A stretch of 64,000 bases of DNA. Origin: Felis catus. Lineage: Eukaryota. Under the pieces are notes generated by a model. That model did not search any database. It worked only from the letters and a program-made list of their open reading frames with translations, and had not been told where the DNA came from. Position 1 is the stretch's first letter. Every line of letters begins with the position of its first letter. Where the stretch lies: NCBI RefSeq assembly GCF_018350175.1, contig NC_058369.1, positions 6,882,001 through 6,946,000 of the forward strand. Reading direction: 5' to 3'. Positions 52,951 through 64,000 of the stretch are shown in pieces. Made by a program: the position numbers and the translations under genes.

Positions 52951-53377
52951 TAAAATAAAATACAAAACCATTTGATAGCTTTATTACAAGAAACAGGTCA
53001 TCAGACTGATAAGTCTATCTGGATCTCCAGCTCCTTCCACAGAGACCTCACAGCCTGGCAAAGAGATAAGGAATTACAAGAGGGAAAATGCCCAAGCTAC
53101 CTCTTGGTAACAATCACCGTATTTGCAAATGAGCATGTTCTTACTGAGAAGGAAAATAGTATTTCCTTATAGAGAGAGAGTAGGGGACTGGCAGAATGAT
53201 AACTATTTGGGGATTGGAGGAAAGATACAAGGGAACATGTCAACAAGATAGAAGACAGGAAGGAGGCAAACAGATATCTTGATTTTAATCCTTTTATGTA
53301 TGTACTCTTCTCGAAGTTTCTGCTGGATAAACGTAGTAAAATACATGCCCTCATTTCCAAACACTATGGGACATCAG

Positions 53378-53690
53378 TTTACCTAGGTGACATCACTGTG
53401 GAATAATGCAGGTCATCTCTGCTAGGTGTTGAATGATAGAGACCAGAGCTCTATCCATAGGAAGAGGAAAGGGACCAATTGAAGCACCAGGCCCCTGGGC
53501 AAAAGGGATCATTGCTGGGATGAGACACAGGTATGCTGTGTCTTTACTGGGGCAGGGCTGTTGAGTGAGGATGTCACAATTTATAGTCTCTGTGCCTCTG
53601 GAGGATCAATACCCAAAGCTCTTCATTAGCCAAACAATTATATTGTCATTCTGATCCCAAGGCAGTGCAAATTCTCTTAAGACTAAAACA
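53378..53690 (-). promoter_or_regulatory. OR promoter / 5' exon module G (for OR-6)
   Basis: GCCTTGGGA, TAATGA (53623-53628), donor ctag|gtaaac at 53382. Confidence 0.6.
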
Positions 53691-53854
53691 ATAGAAATGA
53701 GGAATTCCAGATGGTTGATCTTATGAGTCTAGGTGTTCACCACTCATTTCTCTACCTGTTTCTGCTCACATCTATATCACAGAGCTTGCCAATGTGGACA
53801 TGCCCTCCTTGGCTGAGTTCCAGTGTTCTTTTTTTTTTAAAGATAGAACCAATG

Positions 53855-54066
53855 GGGGCACCTGGGTGGCTCAGTTGCTTAAGGGTCCACTTTGGCTGAG
53901 GTCATGATCTCACAGTTTGTGAGTTCAAGCCCCGCATGGGGCTCTCTGCTGACAGCTTGGAGTCTGGAGCCTGTTTCAGATTCTCTGTCTCCCTCTCTCC
54001 CTGTCCCTCCCCTGCTCACAATCTGTCTCTGTCTCTCAAAAATGAAAAAACATTAAAAAAAATTTT
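53855..54066 (+). mobile_element. CAN-SINE
   Basis: TSD aagatagaaccaatgg. Confidence 0.88.
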
Positions 54067-54547
54067 AAGATAGAACCAATGGCATCTGTATGTAATCAAT
54101 GATATCAGGAAGCCTGAGAATTGTAGGTGTGANNNNNNNNNNNNNNNNNNNNNNNNNNNNNNNNNNNNNNNNNNNNNNNNNNNNNNNNNNNNNNNNNNNN
54201 NNNNNNNNNNNNNNNNNNNNNNNNNNNNNNNNNNNNNNNNNNNNNNNNNNNNNNNNNNNNNNNGTACTTTGAATAGGCAAATTCATAAAGACAGAAAGTA
54301 GAATGTGGTTACCAATGGAGGGGAAAAAAGGATTGATTTTTTATTGTGCTGGAATATATTAATAGGTGTGTCTGTGCTATTAAAATCATATTGATATTGG
54401 CAGGGTGAGCAAGATCTCATCAGGAAATATTTCGGGGAAGTTTATTTTCCCTGCTTTTTTATTCTTGTGATATTGAAAGAACATTTCTGAATTTTCACTT
54501 AATGAGTCATTTGTTTTAGTGGCTCATTTGTAAAGTGCTTGAATTTC

Positions 54548-54767
54548 TTTTTAAACATTTTTTTTTAACATTTATTTATTTTTGAGAGACAGAGACAGAG
54601 CGTGAGTCGGGGAGGGGCAGAGAGAGAGGGAGACACAGAATCTGAAGCAGGCTTCGGGCTCTGAGCTGTCAGCACAGGGCCCGACGCAGGGCTCGAACCC
54701 ACGAACCGCGAGATCATGACCTGAGCCGAAGTAGGATGCTTAACCAACTGAGCCTCCCAGGTGCCCC
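54548..54767 (-). mobile_element. CAN-SINE
   Basis: TSD aaagtgcttgaatttctt. Confidence 0.88.
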
Positions 54768-55129
54768 AAAGTGCTTGAATTTCTTAGTCTTTACCTTTTG
54801 GATTGTGCTCATTCTTTTAAGAAATGCTTAATTTCTCTGTGGTAATAAAAAATATTTTCTTATATCATCTTCTGAAATATTTAATCCCTCTGATTCTTGT
54901 GTTTAACGCTTTGGTACATTAGAATGAATTTTGGGGGGGGGGGAGGAGTAGTAGTATAATATGTAGAGCATAAAATTTACTATTTCAGCCATTTTAATGT
55001 GCAAGTCCATGGCATTAAGAATATTCACAATGTTGTATGACTATTACCACTATCTTTCTCCTGAACAGCAGAACAGCATCCCAAGCAGAAATTCTGTACC
55101 AATTAAATGATAGCTTTTTCTCAAAAGAG

Positions 55130-55262
55130 CTTTCAAAAGGCACCTAACACTTTGACTTTAGCTCATGTAGCTGGTTTCAGACAGCAACAGAATTCATTTG
55201 TGTTGTTTTAAGCTGCTAAGCTTGTGGTAAGGTGTTACAATGGCAATAGGAAACCAATACAG
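55130..55262 (+). mobile_element. MaLR (MLT1) LTR 3' fragment
   Basis: tgttgttttaagctgctaag...gttacaatggcaataggaaaccaataca terminus. Confidence 0.6.
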
Positions 55263-55511
55263 GACACTTATCTCAATGTGGGCTCATGATAAAAACAATG
55301 CCTTCTGGATGTCTCCTTGGAACGATTATGTTTGTGTTGAAAAGAAACCCAAGGAGAGGCTGTTGGTTTTCGTTTCTGGGTCTGAAAGATCTCTGCACTG
55401 TTGCAGGCATCAGGGACCACCAGGAAGACGACTGTAGGCAAAAGCCAACCCATGGCAGAGTGAAATGCAGCCCTGTGGTTCTCCACCTGGACCTACAATA
55501 TCCCTGAAGTT

Positions 55512-55731
55512 TTATCTATTTATTTATTTTTATATTTGAGGAGAGAGAGAGAGAGAGAGCAGGGCAGGGGCAGACAAACGGAGACAGAATCTGAAGCAGG
55601 CTTTAAGCTCCGAGCTGTTAGCACAGAGCCCGACCCGGGACTCGAACTCAACGGGGCTCAAACTCACAAGCAGGGAGATCATGGCCTGAGCCGAAGTCAG
55701 ACACCTAACAGACTGAGCCACCCAGGCGCCC
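55512..55731 (-). mobile_element. CAN-SINE with internal duplication
   Basis: TSD atccctgaagtttt; ggRctcRaactca occurs twice. Confidence 0.85.
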
Positions 55732-55874
55732 CATCCCTGAAGTTTTTGTAAGGAAAGATAATTGTTTTTATCATCTGACCCTATTGGAGTTGAGAATTTT
55801 GCTTTATTATAGTTGAAGGCATGCATCCTCACTGATTGAGTTGAAGTATCTCACACCCCCTCCAAATATAAACT

Positions 55875-56005
55875 AATATAATCATGCCAATTTTATGGAC
55901 GAGGAAACCGAGTTTAGAGAGTTAAAATAAATTGTCAAAGGTCACATGGCTGTTTCAGCAGAGGTAGGATTCAAACCCAGCTGGTCTGATTCCAAAATTC
56001 TTACC
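55875..56005. mobile_element. MIR core
   Basis: attttatggacgaggaaaccgag...aaggtcaca...ggattcaaacccag MIR-like. Confidence 0.7.
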
Positions 56006-56120
56006 CTCACCACTTGACCTCTGGTTTCATATATTCAATGTTGGTCAGGCTTTCTGGATCGCACATTATTTCTCTTTGTCAAATTGCAGCAGTGTGTGTA
56101 AGCCCAAAGCAGCTGACACA

Positions 56121-57059
56121 TTAATGAGAGGCTGATAGTCTAGAGATGAGCTTCCTCAAAGCCCCCATCATGTCCTTGTTCCTCAGACTATAGATAAAAG
56201 GGTTCATCATGGGGGTGACCACGGTATACATCACTGATACTATTGCACTCTTCCGGGAGGAGTGAGTAGCTGCAGAACTCAGGTAGACCCCAAAACCTGT
56301 CCCATAGAACAAGAAAACAACTATTAAGTGTGACCCACAGATGGAAAATGCCTTATACTTTCCACCAGCTGATGGGATTTTCAGAACAGAGGAGACAATT
56401 TGAGTGTAAGAGATAATTATCCCAGAGAGAGGTACAACACCCAACAGGCTGGTCACTAAGTACACAAGGATGTTATTGATGAAGATATCAGAACAGGCAA
56501 GCTTGAGGACATGAGCTAATTCACAGAAAAAGTGGGGAATTTCCAGGTCTGTGCAGAAGGACAGACTCAGTGCCATCAAAGTGTGGAGAAGGGCATCCAG
56601 AACACTAATGAGGAAAGACAGCAGAACCAACAGCCTACAGAGCTTGGGGTTCATGATGGCCTTGTACCTCAATGGGTGACAGATGGCCACAAATCGATCA
56701 AAGGCCATCATTACCAGAATTCCATTTTCTAATCCAGCAAAAGTCAGGACGAAGCAGATTTGGGTGAGGCAGCCTGGGTAACTGATGGATTTGCTCTGTG
56801 TCTGGATGTTCACAAGCATCTTTGGGATGGTAGTGGAGGTGAGACAGATGTCAACAAAAGACAGGTTGGAGAGGAAGAAGTACATGGGGGTGTGGAGGTG
56901 GGAGTCATACACAATGGCCAGGATGATGAGTAGGTTCCCGAACACAGAGACCAGGTACATAGACAGGAACAGACAGAATAGCAGGGGCTGCAGTTGTGGA
57001 TCCTCTGACAGTCCCAGGAGGAGGAATTCTGTAGTAGCTGAGAAGTTTCCTGATTTCAC
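56121..57059 (-). CDS. OR7G3: Olfactory receptor OR7G3 ortholog; canonical start codon reads GTG (OR-7)
   Basis: [56 protein letters not shown] and [13 protein letters not shown] match recalled human OR7G3. Frame is open; GTG at 57059-57057; upstream in-frame ATG at 57149. Confidence 0.8.
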   Translation of the reverse strand: MKSGNFSATTEFLLLGLSEDPQLQPLLFCLFLSMYLVSVFGNLLIILAIVYDSHLHTPMYFFLSNLSFVDICLTSTTIPKMLVNIQTQSKSISYPGCLTQICFVLTFAGLENGILVMMAFDRFVAICHPLRYKAIMNPKLCRLLVLLSFLISVLDALLHTLMALSLSFCTDLEIPHFFCELAHVLKLACSDIFINNILVYLVTSLLGVVPLSGIIISYTQIVSSVLKIPSAGGKYKAFSICGSHLIVVFLFYGTGFGVYLSSAATHSSRKSAIVSVMYTVVTPMMNPFIYSLRNKDMMGALRKLISRLSASH

Positions 57060-57208
57060 GTTCCTGAGGGGTTTGATAGAAAAGATGGAGGTGACAAGAA
57101 AAACCTTAAGAGAAACTTTCTTAAATACATCTATCTTTTTCTCCTGCATCCCTGTCTCCCATCTCTTTTCCTCTCCCTTTCTTGCTTTGCATTTCCCTCA
57201 ACACTTAC

Positions 57209-57210
<2 letters not shown>

Positions 57211-57242
<32 letters not shown>
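57211..57242. repeat. (CA)n microsatellite
   Basis: Direct observation. Confidence 0.95.
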
Positions 57243-57243
<1 letters not shown>

Positions 57244-57371
57244 ATCCTGTCCCAAGTTCTTATATTCTATCAATTCTTTGTCAAGTAGAGGTACTTAACG
57301 AGTAGAAAAGAGGACTGAAAAGCCCTGTTAAGATGCCTCCAAGTAAATAATTCTAGAATAAAATCATTGAC

Positions 57372-57582
57372 GGGGCGCCTGGGTGGCTGTCGGTTAAGCG
57401 GCCGACTTCGGCTCAGGTCATGATTTCGCGGTCCGTGAGTTTGAGCCTCGTGTCGGGCTCTGTGCTGACAGCTCAGAGCCTGGAGCCTGTTTCAGATTCT
57501 GTGTCTCCCTCTCTCTCTGACCCTCCCCCGTTCATGCTCTGTCTCTCTCTGTCTCAAAAATAAACAAACGTTAAAAAAAATT
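57372..57582 (+). mobile_element. CAN-SINE
   Basis: TSD tagaataaaatcattga. Confidence 0.88.
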
Positions 57583-57629
57583 AGAATAAAATCATTGAGG
57601 TTGTACTCTGGAATACAGTTTGAGAAAAT

Positions 57630-57805
57630 ACAGCCCTATGGACAAGATACAGTAAATAAAGGTTTATTGGAACATAACCTTCATTTATACCTCATCCATG
57701 CAGCTTGTATGCTACCTCTGAGTTGAGTACTTGTGACAGAGGCTTACAAATCTAAAATATTTACCATCTGGCTCTTTCCTGAAAAAGTCTGCCTACCTCT
57801 TGTCT
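57630..57805. mobile_element. MER58-like hAT relic
   Basis: gtaaataaaggtttattggaaca...gagttgagta...ctaaaatatttaccatctgg resembles the recalled MER58A consensus. Confidence 0.6.
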
Positions 57806-58429
57806 AGAAGCCTAATTAGATTTAGGCTCAATTTTTTTTGAGGGGGGGTGCAAACATTTTAAAGTATGTCTTTACATATATACTGTCTTGCTTCTTGAAA
57901 TAACTATTGTCTGGATCCACTAATCCGCTGGGAGTTACAGAAAGCTGACATTCTATTTATTGTCAGCTTTTATTGGCTGACATTTATTGGCTAAAATACT
58001 TCCGTCTTTTCTTGGCTTTATTGTCTTCATTTATTGGCTAAAATACTTCCATAAAGAGTAACGCTCCCTAATTAAATAGGTGGTCCCCTGAGGGTTGTGT
58101 TCTTAGAAGGCAGGATACATCTTGAGTCCTGCATTCATCACTTGTTCAAACAATAAACTGTTTTTCAGCATTATCCAAAAATGAACATTGTATATCACGT
58201 ACCATCTTTGGTCAGTCAACACTCCTCATCTTGCCTCCTGAGTCCTTTCGAAATGAACCTCACAGATTCAGGCCTCCCTTAACGGGTGAGGCGTGAAAGT
58301 TGGTCTATACTCGTCAATGCCTTGATCTTCAGTTTCCCATGCCTGTGTGCTCCCTCGTAGGGTGTATTGACTGACATCAAAACAGAGCACATCTGTAGGG
58401 CCTGAAATCAAGTTTAGAAAATGCTGCCA

Positions 58430-58656
58430 GGGGCGCCTGGGTGGCGCAGTCGGTTAAGCGTCCGACTTCAGCCAGGTCACGATCTCGCGGTCCGTGAGTT
58501 CGAGCCCTGCGTCGGGCTCTGGGCTGATGGCTCAGAGCCTGGAGCCTGTTTCCGATTCTGTGTCTCCCTCTCTCTCTGCCCCTCACCCGTTCATGCTCTC
58601 TCTCTGTCCCAAAAATAAATAAACGTTGAAAAAAAAAATTAAAAAAAAAAAAAAAA
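58430..58656 (+). mobile_element. Young CAN-SINE
   Basis: TSD agaaaatgctgcca. Confidence 0.92.
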
Positions 58657-58975
58657 GAAAATGCTGCCAGATCAAAGGGAGGCTTGTGTGAATCTGTCAC
58701 GAATTAGACAGCTGCCCATATGTCATTGATTTTCACAGACACTGGGCACAGGGGTCCCGTGCCACACTCACTCAGGGAACCAGGCTGCTGGGGGCCCACA
58801 GTCTTGCAGTTGTCTCGTTTGGAATATGTGACCTTGCTACTCATGGTAGTGGTGGGTTTAAAATGTTTCACAAATTCCTTGACTCTTAGCCTACAGGAGA
58901 CAGAAAAATAAGTATGCCGGGAAAATACGTTGCTGCAATTTTCTCAAATGTTCCTCTCTGAAGCTAGAGTGAAGC

Positions 58976-59398
58976 TTTTTTTTTTTTTTTTTAACGTTTA
59001 TTTATTTTTGGGACAGAGAGAGACAGAGCATGAACGGGGGAGGGGCAGAGAGAGAGGGAGACACAGAATCGGAAACAAGCTCCAGGCTCTGAGCCATCAG
59101 CCCAGAGCCTGACGCGGGGCTCGAACTCACGGACCACGAGATCGTGACCTGGCTGAAGTCGGACGCTTAACCGACTGCGCCACCCAGGCGCCCCTATGTT
59201 TATTTTTGAGAGAGAGACAGACAGACAGAGCGCGTGCAGGGGAGGGTCAGAGAGAGAGGGAGACACAGAATCGGAAACAGGCTCCAGGCTCTGAGCTGTC
59301 GGCACAGAGCCTGACGCGAGGCTCAAACTCACGGACCGCGAAATCATGACCTGAGCCGAAGTCGGCCGCTTAACCGACTGAGCCACCCAGGCGCCCCC
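58976..59398 (-). mobile_element. Tandem CAN-SINE pair
   Basis: Two consecutive SINE bodies (58976-59194, 59195-59398). Confidence 0.9.
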
Positions 59399-59852
59399 TT
59401 TTTTTTTTTTAAACAGAATAGTGGGAGAGAGAATGATATATAAGGGGTCTTATGCAAATAAATAAAATTGTTAAATGTGCATCCTCATAGTCCTAAAGAG
59501 AAAGTATCTCTTAATTAGCTAACCCTGCCTGATATGGAGGCCTCTGAACATTCGAGCCCCCAGAAATGCTGGTGAAGAAAAAGAAGGAAATAGAAGCAAA
59601 TACACCTGGATAATTACACTTTCAGGGTAATGTTGGGATTTAAAATAATAAATGCAAAATGTTTGACACGGTACATGTAAAAGATAACATTTGAGTGTGT
59701 TTTATCTAATTATCTTTATATTCAGGAGAAAAAAAATGACAATTATAGAAGCTTCTTACCTCTTCCTCACTGATAATTTCTAAAATAAACACACATGGGC
59801 AGCTCTTTCTGCCCACAGGTCCTGTCTCCATGCTTTAATAAAATCACCTTTT

Positions 59853-60063
59853 GGGGCACCTGGGTAGCTCAGCCAGTGTTAAGCATCTGACTTCAGTTCA
59901 GGTCATGATATTATGGTTCATGAGTTCAAGCCCACATCGGGCTCTCTGCTGTCAGCACAGAGCCTGGAGCCTGCTTCAGATCCTCTGTCTCCCTCCCACT
60001 CTGCCCCTCCCATGCTCACACTCTCTCTCTCTCAAAAATAAATAAACATTAAAAGAATTTTTT
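59853..60063 (+). mobile_element. CAN-SINE
   Basis: TSD aatcacYtttt. Confidence 0.85.
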
Positions 60064-60104
60064 AATCACTTTTTTGCACCAAAAAAATAATAAATAAAAA
60101 TAAA

Positions 60105-63100
60105 AGACAGCATGAAAGGTTTTTTTGCATCTTGTGTTCATGAAACACAGCCAGATCAACACTGAACCATCCTGCACACCTAGAAAACTGACTCGAGGAT
60201 TAACACAACCATCTGCACGACCTGAACCACAGAACTCGGCAGGTACACCACGTGGAGAAGTGAACTGGGGGAGAGAGAAGCCGCAGAGGGCAGGGAGTTG
60301 TTTTTGCTTGTGCAGAGAGGACAGAGTTGGGGGGAGAGTATGGGAAAAGCACCCCTCCCCCCAAAGCAGCTGGAGAGAAAGTGGAAAAGTGGAAACAGCC
60401 GCAGGGGCCGAACTAAAAAGGGAGAAAGGAGAGGGCTTAAATGCCATTACGAATCTACAAACGGGGAGCGGAGTCTGAAACTCTCCAGTTCCATACCTGG
60501 GGGTGCTCTGGTGGGAAGGGTGAATCCCCAGGAGCAGAGTGGAGTCCGGGGGGCTTCGGGCCACACGGGGAGAGGCGGTTCCCCTGCTGGGAGGACAGCC
60601 GGTAGAGGCTGTGCGGCCCCCACACAGGCAAAGGTGCCAGCAGACCGGAGAACAACCACATTCGCTGGTGCTGGAACAAGGGCGTTAAGGGGAAACCTGG
60701 TGCCAGACGCGTGTCGCGATTTTCCATAATCCCTGAAACGCTGCTGCTACAGATCATGGGAGCTTTTTCCGGGGCGGGGTGGCGCCCAGCCGCAGTCTCT
60801 GGGCATCGGAGGCAGCACAGTCCCGCGGAGGGTCCTGGGTGCGGCCGGCACCGCCATTGCTCGGTGAGACCCTCCCCCAGAAGGTGTGAGCCGGACAAAA
60901 CCGCAGCCCCTCAGAAGTGAGGGGTCCGGAAACAAAGCCGCATCTGAGATAAAACTCAGCAGGGAGGTACCGCCTGCAGCCTGATGGCTTGCTCACGGAC
61001 AGGGTAAGAGCGGGGAGTGGATGGAAGCCGAAGACAAAGGACAGGTGTGCAATTGCTGCTCGGGAAGACACAGAATTCCGATACTAGAGCCTGGGTAGAT
61101 GCCATTTTCACCCCTCCCGCGCATGCGCATACACACCTACGAGTGCCACAATTCGCCCCAGTAAACTAAGCAGCGCCACCTAGTGGAGAACAGAGCCGTT
61201 ACATTAAGCCCCGCCCAACTGAGTCAACCTCACTCTTCAGGAACCACAAGTCTCTCCACCTGCTTAGTTTACAGGCTATAAAGTACTTCATAGTTTGACT
61301 TTCAGGAGACAATGATGCAATTTCAATCATATTTTAGTCTTGGTCCATCTATTCAATTTTCTTTTTTTCTTTTCATTTCTTTTTCTTGAATACAGAAAGA
61401 GAAAAAATTTATTTTTATTTTCAATTTTTATTAAAATATTTTCTTTATTTTTTCTACCATATTTTTTACTTTTTTGTAAATTTTCAAATTCTATTTTACT
61501 TCCATCATTTCATTTTATTCTATTTTATTGTATTCATTTTCTCAAATTTTCAAATGTTTTCCTTTTTTTTCTTGTTTTTCTTTTTTTTCTGTTTTTCCCC
61601 CTTTTTTCTCTATCAAGCTCCTTCCAATAACCAGACCAAAACCACCCAGGATCTAGTAACATTTATTTGATTTTTTTCTGTGTGTGTGTTTTTAATTTTT
61701 TAATTTTAGTTTTTTACCTTATTAGTTCCTTTTCTCCTTCAAAATGACGAAATGAAGGAATTCACCCCAAAAGAAAGAGCAGGAAGAAACGACAGGTAGG
61801 GAATTAATCAACATAGATACAAGCAAGATGTCTGAACCAGAATTTAGAATCACAATAATAAGAATACTAGCTGGAGTCGAAAACAGATTAGAATCCTTTT
61901 CTGCAGAGATAAAAGAAGTAAAAGCTAGTCAGGATGAAATAAAAAATGCTATAACTGAGCTGCAACTCCAATGCATGCCACAGTGGCAAGGATGGATAAG
62001 GCAGAGCAGCAAACCAGCAATATAGAGGACAAACTTATGGAGAATAATGAAGCAGAAAAAAAGAGGGAGACTAAGGCAAAAGAGCATGATTTAAGATTCA
62101 GAGAAATCAGTGACTCATTAAAAATGATGATGAACAACATCAGAATCGTAGGGGTCCCAGAAGATGAAGAGAGGGAAAAAGGGGTAGAAGAGTTATGTGA
62201 GTAAATCATACAGAAAACTTTCCTAACCTGGGGAAAGACATAGACATCAAAATCCAGGAAGCACAGAGGACTCCCATAAGATTCAACAAAAACCGACCAT
62301 CAGCAAGGCATATCATAGTCAAATTCACAAAATACTCAAGCAAGGAAAGAATCATGAAAGCAGCAAGGGGAAAAAAAAGTCCTTAACCTACAGGGTAAGG
62401 CAAATCAGGTTTGTAGCAGCCCTGTCCACAGAAACTTGGCAGGCCAGAAAGGGGTGGCAGGATATATTGAGTGTGCTGAATTGGAAAAATATGGAGCCAA
62501 GAATTCTTTATCCAGCAAGGTTGTCATTCAAAATAGAAAGAGAGATAAAAAGTTTTGCAGACAAACAAAAATTAAAGGAGTTCGTGACCACTAAACCAGC
62601 CCTGCAAGAAATTTTAAGAGGGACTCTCTGAGGGGAGAAAAGATGAAACAAACCAAAAAAAAAAAAAAAAAAAAAAAAAAGACCAAGAGCAGGAAAGACT
62701 AGAAAGGACCAGAGAACACCACCAGAAATTCCAACTCTACAAGCAACATAATGGCAATAAACTCATGTCTTTCAGTACTCACTCTTACCATCAATGGACT
62801 AAATGATCCAATCAAAATACATAGAGTAACAGAATGGACAAGAAAACAAGACCCATCTATATGCTGTTTACAAGAGACCCATTTTAGACCTAAAGACACC
62901 TTCAGATTGAAAGTAAGGGGATGGAGAACCATCTATCATGCTAATGGTAGACAAAAGAAAGCCAAAGTAGCGATACTTATATCAAACAATCTGGACTTTA
63001 AAATAAAGCCTGTAACAAGAGATGAGGAAGGACATTATATCATAATTAAGGGGTCTATTCACCAAGAAGACCTAACGATTGTAAACATTTATGCTCCAAA

Positions 63101-64000
63101 TATGAAGCACCCAAATATATAAATAAATGCATCACAAACATAAAGAAACTCATTGATAATAATACCATAATAGTGGGGGACTTCAACACCCCACTTACAA
63201 CAATGGACAGATCATCTAAACAGAAAATCAACAAGGAAACAATGGCTTTGAATGACACACTGGACCAAAAGGACTTAACAGATATATTCAGAACATTTCA
63301 TACTAAAGCAGCAGAATATACATTCTTCTGCAGTGCACATGGAACATTCTCCAGAATAGATCACATACCAGGACACAAATCAGCCCTACACAGGTATAAA
63401 AAGATCAAGATTATACCATGCATATTTTCAGACCACGACGCTATGAAACTCGAAATCAACCACAAGAAAAAAATTGGAAAGGTAACAAATGCTTGGAGAC
63501 TCAAGAACATTCTACTAAAGAATGAATGGGCTAACCAAGAAGTTAAAGAGGAAAATAAAAAGTACATGGAGGCCAATGAAAATGATAACATCACAGTCCA
63601 AAACCTCTAGAATGCAGCAAAGGCGGTCATAAGAGGGAAGTATATAGCAATCCAGGCCTTCCTAAGAAGGAAGAAAGGTCTCAGATACACAACCTAAACT
63701 TACACCTAAAGAGCTGGAAAAAGAACAGCAAATAAACCCCCCAAACCAGCAGAAGACAGGAAATAATAAAGATTAGAGCAGAAATCAATGCTATCAAAAC
63801 CAAAAAAAGTAGAACAGACCAATGAAACCAAAAGCTTGTTCTTTGAAAGAATTAACAAAATTGATAAACCCCTAGCCAGTTTGTTCAAAAGAAAAAGGAA
63901 AGGCCCCAGATAAATAAAATCAAGAATGAAAGAGGAGAGATCACAACCAACACTGCAGAAATACAAACAGTAATAAGAGAATATTATGACCCATTATATG
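60105..64000 (+). mobile_element. LINE-1 (carnivore/felid), 5'UTR + ORF1 + ORF2 endonuclease region, disrupted, continues past window end
   Basis: CpG-rich 5'UTR ~60380-61200. ORF1 from ~61744 (MTK*RNSPQKKEQ...MSEPEFRITIIRILAG...NNIRIVGVPE). ORF2 from 62751 (LTINGLN, ICCLQETH, GDFNTPL, SRIDH, SDH). Stops and frameshifts present. Confidence 0.92.

Noticed and set aside
56785-57288. Antisense ORFs such as [10 protein letters not shown]...[15 protein letters not shown] recurring at each OR
   Set aside because: These are shadows of the conserved OR sense strand, not independent genes.
60049-61200. CpG-rich region with several 100-170 aa ORFs, as a possible gene promoter or novel gene
   Set aside because: It is the 5'UTR of the L1 whose ORF1 and ORF2 follow.
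61744-64000. Potentially active L1
   Set aside because: ORF1 has a stop at codon 4 and frameshifts; ORF2 is broken into several frames.

Overview
Mammalian (carnivore, most likely felid) genomic DNA holding a cluster of seven class II olfactory receptor coding exons of the OR7G subfamily. Two OR7G2-like genes lie on + (7513-8430, 17911-18849). Four OR7G1-like genes (26616-27554, 37804-38679, 46013-46948, 51577-52458) and one OR7G3-like gene (56121-57059) lie on -. Subfamily names come from recalled human OR7G1/2/3 proteins, not from a search. The rest is mostly tRNA-derived CAN-SINEs (including young SINEC_Fc-type copies with TSDs), L1 fragments (a 5'UTR-ORF1-ORF2 L1 runs off the right edge), and MIR/MLT/MER relics. 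Main observations: (1) a conserved ~300-bp promoter/5'-exon module (O/E site - TAATGA - O/E site - splice donor) occurs seven times; one copy belongs to a 'ghost' OR gene that has lost its coding exon. (2) Patchwork gene-conversion tracts make several receptors mosaics. (3) Three receptors carry lesions: a frameshift plus L1 fusion, compensating deletions, and ATG>GTG start loss. (4) Serial retro-insertions hit one target site, and there is a short L1 3' transduction. (5) N runs look like exact-length masking rather than scaffold gaps. I found no evidence of a wholly new gene system; the novelty lies in regulatory architecture and paralog evolution.
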